From the NCBI RefSeq assembly GCF_006345805.1, contig NC_043007.1, forward strand, positions 36,704,001-36,768,000: DNA of 64,000 nucleotides, read 5' to 3'. The DNA is from Octopus sinensis (lineage: Eukaryota). The notes under the pieces are model-generated. The model saw only the letters and a program-made list of their open reading frames with translations. It had not been told where the DNA came from and did no database searches. The position numbers were made by a program, and so were the translations under genes. Positions within the stretch are counted from its first letter, which is position 1. Each line of letters begins with the position of its first letter. This document shows positions 37,150 to 48,150 of the stretch, piece by piece.

Positions 37150-38715
37150 CATAAATCATTCCTTGAGGGAATGTAGTAAGCCAGCACAAAAAGAGTATAG
37201 GTGCAGACATGCCTTTAAAGACAATGGTATGAACATGAAGCAGATGTTGTGATAGAGAATAAGGATTACAGGATTTTATGGAACTTCACTATAAAGACTG
37301 ACCATACGGTTGAAGCAAGAAGACCAGATATGATTATAGAGGACTTTGCAGTTCCTTATGATTACAGAGTCAATACCCAAGAAATTTGAAAAAGAAATAT
37401 CAGGACCCAGCCAAAGAACTGGAGAGATTATGGAAGATTAAAACAACAATTATTCCTGTGGCACAATACCCAAAATGTTACATAAGCAACTGAATGATAT
37501 TGCATTGTCAACATATAGAAAAATACCATTTTGTATTCTACAAGAATCCCAAGAAAGATTCTTGAGATTTGAGGAGGCTTGTTGTCACCAAACCTCAAGA
37601 TAACATTCCTGCTAATTAATTTAGCATGTAATAGCATAATAATAATAATAATAATAATAAATGCCCTGATGCAGTACCAGGTAGTGGCTCTCATGGTTTT
37701 TGAGCTTAATTGATTGGAAGTGTTATCATGTACATTGTTTTGTCTTGGTATAAAAGATGGCCTACAGCAAATATTCTGCTCCATACCACAGATTTGCTTG
37801 ACAGTTGTTTGACCACAATCATTTGAGCACGTCCCTTAGAGCCTGACAATATGAGCATCTCTGATCATGAGCAGAAGTAGTGGGGGAGCATCATAGCCGT
37901 ATGTTGAGAGAAATTCTTTGGGATTTGAATAATTCACCTCTGGAAATATGGGTGTTTTGTTCATCATCCTTAAACAAACCTTATTCAGAGACCTTTTGAG
38001 TGGGATGGGCTATTTAACTTGAAGAAAATTCTAACTGGGCCTCCACCTGTAAGGTCATGCATTATTTATCTTGATATGAGATCATTATGTCATGCACATA
38101 TGGTTGTGATGCATATGCCTGGTGTACCTTTATCACATGGGTAGTCATGATGGGTATACTGGGCTTTGTATATTATACCTCAATATCACTCTGATGGCAT
38201 GCACTGCTCTCTCACTCAATAATAATAATGAAACAAAAATCATGCCTCCTCATTGATATGACTGTCCCAATCGATATAAACGTATCTGTCAAGACCTACC
38301 AAAAACTGAGCAAATATAAAGATCTTGAAATAGAAATCAGCAAAATGTGGAACCTGAAGACTAAAACAATAGCTGTTGTCATAGGTGCCCTGGGAATGAT
38401 AGCAAAAGGGGCTGATTGCTACCTAACTCAAATACCAGAAATCGGCAGAAATTCAAAAGATAGTGCTCATAGGAACTGCTCATATCCTACGCAAAATACT
38501 TTCTATGTAATCTCAAGTTTTAAAACAAACATAATTTTCTTATGGTTTCTTAAACATCCACTAGTACAACACTAAGTACAAAACCAAATATATGGCACCC
38601 TACGCATAACACCAACATGAACTTTCAACTTGTTGTCTCTTGAGGTCTCTGGGTGAGACTTGGAGCTAACTTGTGCAAATATAATGCAAAAGTCAAACAT
38701 GGAATAATAATAATA
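37150..38715 (+). mobile_element. Stack of (TAA)n-delimited non-LTR elements: two R4/Dong RLE remnants flanking a non-coding repeat
   Basis: EARRPDMII..DFAVPYD (~37285-37600), a non-coding block at 37660-38226 ending in TAA, and LLIDMTVPIDINVSVKTYQKLSKYKDLEIEISKMWNLKT (38228-38500). Confidence 0.75.
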
Positions 38716-38889
38716 ATAACAATAATAATGTTTTCAAATTTTGCCACAAGGACAATAGTTTTGCCTTTCATCCCAAAAAGATGAAAGACAAAGTCAATCT
38801 CGGCAGAATTTGAACTCAAAATATAGCAATGGGCGAAATGCCACTAAGCATTTTGTCCAGCATGCTAACGATTCTGCCAGCTCGCTACC

Positions 38890-38927
<38 letters not shown>

Positions 38928-39084
38928 CCTGAAATTTGGGGGAGGGGGATAGTCGATTACATCAATCCCAGTGTTCAAGTGGTGCTTATTTCATAAATCC
39001 TGAAAGGATGAAAGGCAAAGTGGAATTTGAACTCAATGTGAAGCATTTTGTCTACAATGGTAACAATTCTGCCAGGTTAGCACA

Positions 39085-39122
<38 letters not shown>

Positions 39123-40038
39123 GTTGATGATGATGATGATGATGATAAACAACTGCTCACAGCAACGAAGTATTTAATGTCATGGTGCTGACAAAGTTTT
39201 CAAGTTGACATTTTAACCAGCTCAATAACAAGTTAAAATTTGGTGACAAAAGAGAGAAAGAGAGATGGGATGGAGTGGGGAGAAAATGTGACATTTTACT
39301 CAAAAAGAGAGAGAGAGAGAGCAAACAGCACCCCATGAGTCATTAGAATTTCCAGACACCATTTCAGATAAGAAACTAGAGTTTAAAGTAGTTTTTCTAT
39401 GGCAAGTCAATCTGGTAGTTGACTCGTTGCTCTTGTAGAGATGCAATGGCCAAGTGGATAAAGTATCAGACTACTAGTTTAAATGCCTTCAGTTCAAACC
39501 CAGTGCTGGCATTTCTTTGAGGTGTATATTTAGTTAATTCTACAAGTCCCAGTTCAACCAAGTTGTTGAGGAATAAGTACCAGTTGTTCTAGAGATTTTA
39601 ATTAGTGGATCAGCAAGCTATCTAATGGAAGATTTAGCTCTTGTACGCTTCACACCAAAAAACTAGAACTAAGAATCAGCCCTTAAAAGTCCCTGGGATC
39701 TAAGGAGATACTAATGAAACACCAATTTTATTAAATAGAGAGTGCAGGTATGGCTGTAGGGATATGGGGTTTACTTAGGAATTATGTGATCTTGAATTCT
39801 ATCACATAGTGGGTAAGAATATTCTACTGCAGGGTTTCTCGACCTATTGACAACTTTGATTCCTATTTTATTCGAACAAACTCTCCTAGCCATTTAATGT
39901 TTTAAAAATCATATCATATATGCTATTAGGAAATGTATAAAAAAATAAATATTTCATGTTTTGTAGAAGTGTAAGCAATTTATTGCACATAAATTTAAAC
40001 ACTAAAATCTTATATGGATCCTCAAGGACCATGTAGAC

Positions 40039-40535
40039 CAGTGTTTCTGAACCTTTTTACACTTGTGTAATCCTTAAAATAAATTACATCTCAAGGATCC
40101 CTTGCACAAAAAATATTATTTAACCATAATCTTCCTCATATCATTTCACCGTAGTTCACATGGTAAATATCATATATATATATGATATTTACCATGTGAA
40201 CTATGGTGAAAAGACATATGAGGAAGATTATGGTAAATAATATATTTTGTGCAGGGGGTTCTTGAGACGTAATCATCATCATCATCATCATCATCATTTA
40301 GCGTCCGTTTTCCATGCTAGCATGGGTTGGACGGTTCTACTGGGGTCTGTGAAGCCAGAAGGCTTCATCAGGCCCAGTCAAATCTGGCAGTGTTTCTACG
40401 GCTGGATGCCCTTCCTAACGCCAACCACTCCGTGAGTGTAGTGGGTGCTTTTTACGTGCCACCCGCACTGGTGCCAGACAGAGCTGGCAAACGGCCACGA
40501 ACGGATGGTGCTTTTTATGTGCCACCGGCAGATAT

Positions 40536-40569
<34 letters not shown>

Positions 40570-41089
40570 AAATAGATGTGTGTATTTTTCCCTTTGTTTA
40601 CAATTGACAAGGAAAAAGTAGACAAACAGTTACCAATTTTATTCCTTTAGAATAATACCAATGATATCTTCGAAATGTGTTGGAAGTAAAAGAATTTGAA
40701 TAACACCTGCGTTTAACTCCATTTATATATATATATATAATAAAAATAAGCAACGAGAATATCTTCGGTAATTTGGTATGATTGTTTCATGCTACATCAT
40801 TTTATTAAACATTGTAAGCATTACAACAGTTTTAAAATGTTGAGCAATCTTCAGCCAATTTATAAAGGTTTTCCATCAATACATATACTTATTTTCATGT
40901 TAATTGATAACATTATAAAGAGGGTAGATCTATAGACAGAGATGTTGATTTGAATGTTATATATATATATATATATATATATTTATAATTTTATATATAT
41001 ATATATATATAAAATTAGCATTAGCTTAACTCACTCTTTCTTGTGGAACCCTTAGGATCTTTTTGCAGAACCCCGGTTGAGAAACACTG
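40039..41089. mobile_element. hAT/Charlie-type MITE expanded by nested insertions
   Basis: TIRs cagtgtttctgaacc / ggttgagaaacactg. The 8-bp flanks atgtagac and atacagac match at 6 of 8. Contains a fold-back, a family C copy and (TA)n blocks. Confidence 0.6.
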
Positions 41090-41233
41090 ATACAGACCCT
41101 GGTTGAGAAACACTATTCAACTGTAACCTCAAGTTGACTAATATCTAGAGAGTGAAATTGATAGAGAGAAACTGTTTGGAAACCTGTCATAGAATAGAAA
41201 CCCATGATAAAATAGGAAATATAAAAAACATTA

Positions 41234-41633
41234 GGCATAGGAGTGGCTGTGTGGTAAGTAGCTTGCTTATGAACCACATGGTTCCGGGTTCAGTCCCACT
41301 GCATGGCACCTTGGGCAAGTGTCTTCTACTGTAGCCTTGGGCTGACCAAAGCCTACTGAGTGGATTGGGTAGACGGAAACTAAAAGAAGCCCGTCGAATA
41401 TATGTATATATATATATATGTATGTGTGTGTATGTGTATATATTTGTGTGTCTGTGTCTGTCCCCCCCAAGATCACTTGGTGTGTTTATGTCCCTGTAAC
41501 TTAGCGGTTTGGCAAAAGAGACCAATAGAATAAGTACTAGGCTTACAAAGAATAAATCCTGGGGGCAATTTGCTCGACTAAAGGCGGTGCTCCAGCATGG
41601 CCACAGTCAAATGATTGAAACAAGTAAAAGAGT
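41234..41633 (+). mobile_element. SINE family B, well preserved
   Basis: Full head, internal TA/TG microsatellite and tail. Confidence 0.85.
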
Positions 41634-42881
41634 CATTAAAACAAATAATGATGATGTACAGATCTTACAGGACACACACACACAAGTATATATTTACACA
41701 CATAGAAAACGACAAATTTTCAGTTAAAAAAGAATTTAACCCACAACCACTAGTTTAGACCTTAATCCAATGAAGGAGCTTCTATATGATCACTTGATCA
41801 GGGAGAAACAGCAGCCAAATCTCCCTCAAATAACTCATCACCATCTTAGGAAAAGGCACTTTTGTTTGTTCCTTCTCGAGCCTTGCCTGGCTCATAAGGG
41901 CCGGTTTCCCGGTTTCTTGGCATATAGGTTCCCCACCTGGACAGGACACCAGTCCATCGCAGGTGAGCTGCAAGATGCAAGAGGAAAGAGTGAGAGAAAG
42001 TTGTGGTGGAAGAGGCAGCAGAAGTTTCGCCATTACCTTCTGCTGGAGCCACATGGAGCTTAGGTGTTTCGCTCATAAACACATACATCATCCAATCTGA
42101 GATTCGAACCCGCGATCCCTCGACCGCGAGTCCGTTGCTCTAACCACTAGGCCATGTGCCTCCACAAAATGCACTTTTAGATAATGTCGTCCCAGTTTCC
42201 CCTGTATGTAGGACAAAGATGGGATGGTCTCGACTGGAATGCATTTGCTTATAAGTCTGTTCAATCAGGGTTGACCTGGAGCTAAACAACAATAATAACA
42301 AATAAATTATGACTTAATTAGTGAGGGAGCTAGAAATAGTAGACAAATCTCCTTTAAATCATACCCTACTCTGTTAAAAAACAGGACACATTGGATAATA
42401 AGCTCTCAAACTCACAGTATCTGAGAAAAAATAAAGATGGTCATGGTGAGATTGCCTTTGATCAGGAATAATTTAGAGTTACATAACAACTTCATAGGGT
42501 TTATATACTGAGCCAATGAGTGAATAAACAAACCAATGGATAAACCAGCCAATGTGCCAGCCATGCAACAATGTTGTTGCTTTATCATAATTGAATCATA
42601 ACTCCAGTCATGATTGTTCTGTCTTACTATCAGGCTAAGTAGTAAGAAAGGTGCAGGTGTGGTTGTGTGGTAAGAAGCTTGCTTCCCAATTACATGGTTC
42701 TGAGTTCAACCTCACTGCATGGCACCTTGGGCTGATCAAAGCCTTGTAAGTGGATTTGGTAGATAGAAAGTGAAAGAAGACTGTCACATTATATATATAT
42801 ATATATAATATATATAATTCTTTTATTCTCTAACTCATTTCAGCCATGTGGTTGTAGTCATGCTGGAGCACCACTGTGGAG

Positions 42882-42915
<34 letters not shown>

Positions 42916-42974
42916 CACACACACACACACATATCTATGTATGTCTTTGTGTCTGTGCTTGTCCTCCACCAGTG

Positions 42975-43250
42975 CTTCACAACTGGTGTTTCTTTGTTTG
43001 TCCGTGGACAAGATATCTCAAGAACCAGAGGATGGATTCGGATGATACTTTCAGGGATGTTTGGCCTCATAACTGTCATGAACTGATTAGATTTGGGGAT
43101 TGATCTGGTATTGGACAAAGATTCTGGATTATTTTTCCTATTTTTTTTTACGTAATTTTTGAGAGATACTCTCATTTTAAAAATCATCTCTGGTTGAGAG
43201 GACGTTGGTGTTGCCTTAGCGGAGGTTTGCGCTCTCTGAGTGCTCTTGTT
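42975..43250 (+). mobile_element. Non-autonomous Helentron/DINE-1-like (HINE) element
   Basis: The 3' end ccttagcggaggtttgcgctctctgagtgctcttgtt resembles HINE/Helitron termini; the 5' part tttgtttgtcc..gatatctcaagaacc..ggattc fits too. Confidence 0.5.
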
Positions 43251-45317
43251 TTTAAAATTAAGATTTTTTTTTTTATTAATTCTATGTTTTAATTTTTATT
43301 TTAGAAATTTACATGATGTGGTGGGGGAGTTGATAAGTTACCAATGGTTCCATGAAGCGGGTTAATGTCATAAGAAGTTTGTTGAGCTTTGGTGCAGTCT
43401 CCTTCCTTGTGCCATATTAAACTGGTACTCCATTGGTTACGATGACAAGAGGTCCAGTTGATCTGATCGATGGAATAGTCTGCTTCAGAAATGAACATGC
43501 AAGTGGCTGAGTACTTCACAGACACGCATACCCTTAGCATAGTTCTCAGGAAGATTCAGCATGACACAGAATGTGATATGGCTGGCCCCCCGAAATACAG
43601 GTACTACTCGTTTTTGCCAGCTGCGTGGACTGGAGGGACATGAAATAAAGTGTCTTGCTCAAGGATACAATGCACCACCAGGAATTGAACTCACAACTCT
43701 ATGATTGTGAGCTGAATACCCTAACCACTAAGCCATGAGCCTTCACTCCTTGTGCCATATAAATAAGAGCGGACAGGTGGAAAACGAGGTCAAAGTTGAA
43801 CCATCCAAGAGGAAAGGACAGAAGAAAAGAAAGAAAGGAAAAAAAAGAAAAAGGAGAATTAAGGGAAAGAATGAAAGTTATGGAAAAGAGAGAAATCCCA
43901 TCGTTCACCCAGGAGGAAGTGCATGTGATGGGGGGACTGTATTGTTTTTAAAATTTTGGTGCTTGTTCTGGCTAGGGAAAGTGACCTTTAAAAAATGCTA
44001 CATAAAGAAGAGTAAAGTGCTAGAATTTTGGTTGATATATCACATTCGAGCGCAGACACAGAGTTTGGTAATATAATGGAAATGGGAGACGGAAAAAAAA
44101 TACGGCTTTTTCTGTTAGTGAAGCGGTTGTTATTGTCATGGATTATTGTTATCTAATTGAAGGTCATTCAGGCTCAATCCAGCAGACTAATGAACAAAGA
44201 CATTCCAGTCATGACAAACATGCATTCATTTACTTTAAAACAGAGAGTATCTAAACTAACAACATTCAATAAAGCCATCATCATCATCATCGTTTAACGT
44301 CCATTCTCCATGCTAGCATGGGTTGGATGGTTCAACTGGGGTCTGTGAAGCTGGAAGGCTTCATCAGGCCATCAGATCTGGCAGTGTTTCTACGGCTGGA
44401 TGCCCTTCCTAACGCCAACCACTCCGTGAGTGTAGTGGGTGCTTTTTACGTGCCACCCGCACAGGTGCCAGACAGAGCTGGCAAACGGCCACAAACGGAT
44501 GGTGCTTTTACGTGCCACCGACACAGAGGCTAGATGGGGCAGCGCCGGCAACGACCACGATCGGATAGTTCGCTTAACCACAGCTGCAATTCCCACTGAT
44601 GTTGATCGACCTCAATTTGGTTCTGCTTTCTGATATATGAATTGATTTGGTTTGATTTTGATTTTGACTGTTCTCACTGTTTTTAAAATACAGATAACAT
44701 GATGTATTTTGAGGGAGGTTTGACTGTTATTCCTAGCACTGAGTAACCCATGTTGAGCTTCCATTCTTGATACATGATAAAAGCAACAGTAATAGTAGTC
44801 ATTGTTGTAATGCTTATTTATTCACATTGTTTTGAATTAATAGTGCATTATGTCGTGGCTTTGAAATTTTGATGATGTGGATGTTTACATTTAGAATGAC
44901 ATTGTAGGATGGGTGTGAGAGGCCAGATCCAGCTGGTTTGAACATAAAACAAATAGAATATCTTGACTTGATATGGCAGGTTTAAAAGCTAAAGGGTTAA
45001 ACAGACAGAATATAAGGGCCAGATATGGATAGTTTAAATGCTGAAGGATTAATAAAAATTAAGATGGTTGCCAACTTTTAAATTCGTTCAATACCATAAT
45101 TAAAAAAAAATGCAAATTCTATTGTTGACTTCACATTTATAAAAAAAATGATGGGAAAAAATTTCTTTTATATTTTGTGGGAGGTGGGACCTGATATTTG
45201 TCTATTGGAGAAGTGCTGGTTTAGAATAAAAGCAACACTTCAATAAAGTAATAAATCTTTCTCACACCTCTTTCTTTTTCTCTTTCATCTATTTCTTTCA
45301 TTGTCTTAATTTTAAAG

Positions 45318-45352
45318 GCTATGTTGCTAAGCTCTGGTTCCATAAGTGATAA
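45318..45352 (+). CDS. Candidate small plus-strand exon AMLLSSGSISD(K/N)
   Basis: Very long polypyrimidine tract with ttttaaag acceptor; AA|GTAAAT donor. Confidence 0.22.
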
Positions 45353-47352
45353 GTAAATTTACTCCAACCTAAGTTCCAAATAAGAAACTGGTTTATATCA
45401 CAATAATATTCTGTTTTTAATCTGATGCCCAGACACCAAACCATCCACCCATCAGCCAGGACAGCTGAGACAATATAGGGTAGATTGTTTTTGCTCCAGC
45501 ATCTTGTGTTAGTGGCACATAAAAATGCACCCCATGCTAGTGCCATGTAAAAAGCACCCATGCTGGTGCCACATAAAATGACCTAGTGTCATGTGAGAAG
45601 TACCCGGGTTGGTGTCATGTAAAAAGTCACCCAGAACACTCTGTAAAGTGGTAGGCATTAGGGAGAGCATCCTGCCAAAGAAACCATGCCAAAACAGACA
45701 GCTGGAGCTTGGTGCAGCTCCTGTCAAACTGTTCAACCCATGCCAGCATGGAAAATGGATGTTAAATGATGATGATGATTTAAGAGTAAGTTACCCAATG
45801 ATTTTAAACTTTAGACCAAATTGATAGAATGTAACATTAAATATGAATGCATCTTTGAGCAAACCTGAGCAGGGATGGGGATTTTAAGGACTATGACTTA
45901 GCCTTAGTCTCATGATAAATAAATGAATCGTCCTCTGAATAAGATTGTATACTGGCTTAGGTTAGCCTACACATCCACATAAGACAATTGATAACTCAGC
46001 ATGCACACACATATATACCTGTTCAGTTAGCATCTGTTTTTCCATGCTAGCATGGGCTAGATGAATACATCTTGAGGCATTGTTATTTATAGATGTGGAT
46101 GTGTGATCCAGATGTTTGCTTCCCAACCAAATAGTTTTTAGTTCATTCCCACAGCATGGCACCTTGGGCTAGTGTCTTCCACAATAGCCCCATGCTGATC
46201 AAAGCCTAGTGAGTAGATTTGGAGGGAAACAGCTGAAAGCAGCCCATCATACGTTTGTGTGTGTGTGTGTGTTTGCCTGCATGTTAGTGTCTCCTTGTTT
46301 TGATATCATCTGGCACTTGTAAAAACGAGCATCACCATCATACAAATGGTGTCTTTCATTTCCAATATTCAGTAAAAACATGTCTGCTGAAAGGGAAATG
46401 TTACTTCGCTTGTAAAACAAAATAGGGTTGGCAACAGGAAGAGCATCCAGCTGTAGAAAATTTACTTCAATAACTCCTGTCTGATTTGTGCAAGTATAGA
46501 AAAGTGGATGTTAAAATAATGATGAAGATGATGATGATGATGAGGAGGAGGAGGAGGAAGAGAAGAAGAAGAGGAGGAGGAGGAAGAAAAAGAAGAAGAT
46601 GATGAGGAGGAGGAAGAAGAGGAGATTATTTCCTTATCACTAAGCTTTAATTGCTTTTGAAGCAATTGTTTTTTTTTTTTAAATTCTATTCATCTTTGAA
46701 AGAGCAGAGTTACAGGAGAATGATTTGTCAGCAGGAAATGTCAACAAACATCACCATTTTTGTTCTTCTCAATTATTTTCATATGCGGACAGTTGCAAAC
46801 ACTCACACACATACACATGCACTCACACACATACACCAGGTTTCCATAGAGTTTCTAAGTATTCTGTTTGCAAATGTCATGCAGTGAGATAGAACTCAGG
46901 ACCATGTGGTAACCAATGCAAACACTATATCCGCACATCCATGCTGTATCCATGTGAGCATTTTGTATGTCTTTTAATCTTTTTTTTTTTTACTTTTTTA
47001 CTTGTTTCAGTGGCCATGCTGGAGCACCATCTTTAGTCGAACAAATCAACCCCAGGACTTATTCTTTGTAAGTTACGTACTTATTCTATCGGTCTCTTTT
47101 GCTGAACCGCTAAGTTACAGGGACGTAAACACACCGACATCAGTTGTCAAGTGATGGTGGGGTGACAAACACAGACACACACACATATATATACGACAGG
47201 CTTATTTCAGTTTCTGTCTACCAAATCCACTTTATGAGTTTGGTTGGCTCGACTCTATAGTAGAAGACACTTGTCCAAGGTGCCATACAGTGGGACTGAA
47301 CCCAGAACCATGTGGTTGGTAAGAAAGCTACTCACCACAAAGCCACTTGTTG

Positions 47353-47391
<39 letters not shown>

Positions 47392-47465
47392 TATATATAT
47401 AATATATTTATTTGCTTTCGGTGCGAATGGTTTTGTTATATAGCCCTGTATTTTACAATCCTGTA

Positions 47466-47778
47466 AATAATATAATAGTGGTATTTTTATATAAGCTTAA
47501 AGCTTATGGTGATCACTGTGCAATGCCTAAGGAAAACAGTCTAATAATGGGGCATATAAGCCCTCAACAGAGAAAAGAAGGCTTTCCTATCTGCATGGGA
47601 CTCAAACCCACATTCCTTTGTTAACGTGACTAAGTGTGTTACTTTTACACCAGCAAATAGGAAAGCCTTTTTCTTTCTGTCAAGGGCTTATATACCCCTT
47701 TATTAGACTATTTTCCTTAGTCACTGCATGGTGATTGCCATAAGCTTTAAGCTTATATAAAAATACTATTATTATTAT
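47466..47778. mobile_element. (TA)n-flanked hairpin element with ~125-bp arms and a tRNA-like apex
   Basis: 47466-47594 is an imperfect reverse complement of 47653-47778. Confidence 0.8.
47588..47659 (-). other. 72-nt tRNA-like cloverleaf (pseudo-tRNA, loop triplet CGT)
   Basis: TATTTGC-TG-GTGT-AAAAGTA-ACAC-A-CTTAGT-CACGTTA-ACAAAG-GAAT-GTGGG-TTTGAGT-CCCAT-GCAGATA: 7-bp acceptor stem, 4-bp D stem, anticodon arm with one mismatch, 5-bp T stem, B-box GGTTTGAGTCC. Confidence 0.65.
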
Positions 47779-47795
47779 TATATATTTATTTATAC

Positions 47796-47828
<33 letters not shown>

Positions 47829-47892
47829 TACATATATATACACACACATCTATATACACACATATATGTATATATATGTGTGTGTGTGTATG

Positions 47893-47931
<39 letters not shown>

Positions 47932-48107
47932 ATAAATATTAGGGAATAAATCCAAATTTACAGGGAAAAAAATCAGATTTAGGATTAAATCCAATTTTAT
48001 AGTAAAATATTATAAAATATTATTAGAGACAAAACCACTATTTTGCAAAACAAACAAGGAAAGACTTAATCAATACATAAAATTTTAATAAATAGTCAAA
48101 AAATCCG

Positions 48108-48150
48108 CCACTATAATCGTTTCTTGTCTTGATCGACAATCTTCAGGTGG
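48108..48150 (-). ncRNA. Minimal type I hammerhead ribozyme, variant copy (G16.2 to A)
   Basis: CCAC-CUGAAGA-UUGUC-GAUCAA-GACAA-GAAA-C-GAUU-A-UA-GUGG. Confidence 0.65.

Noticed and set aside
40822-40858. Minus-strand CTGAAGA...AAAAC, and a similar motif near 22345-22375
   Set aside because: No intact stem II or GAAA, too decayed to call a hammerhead.
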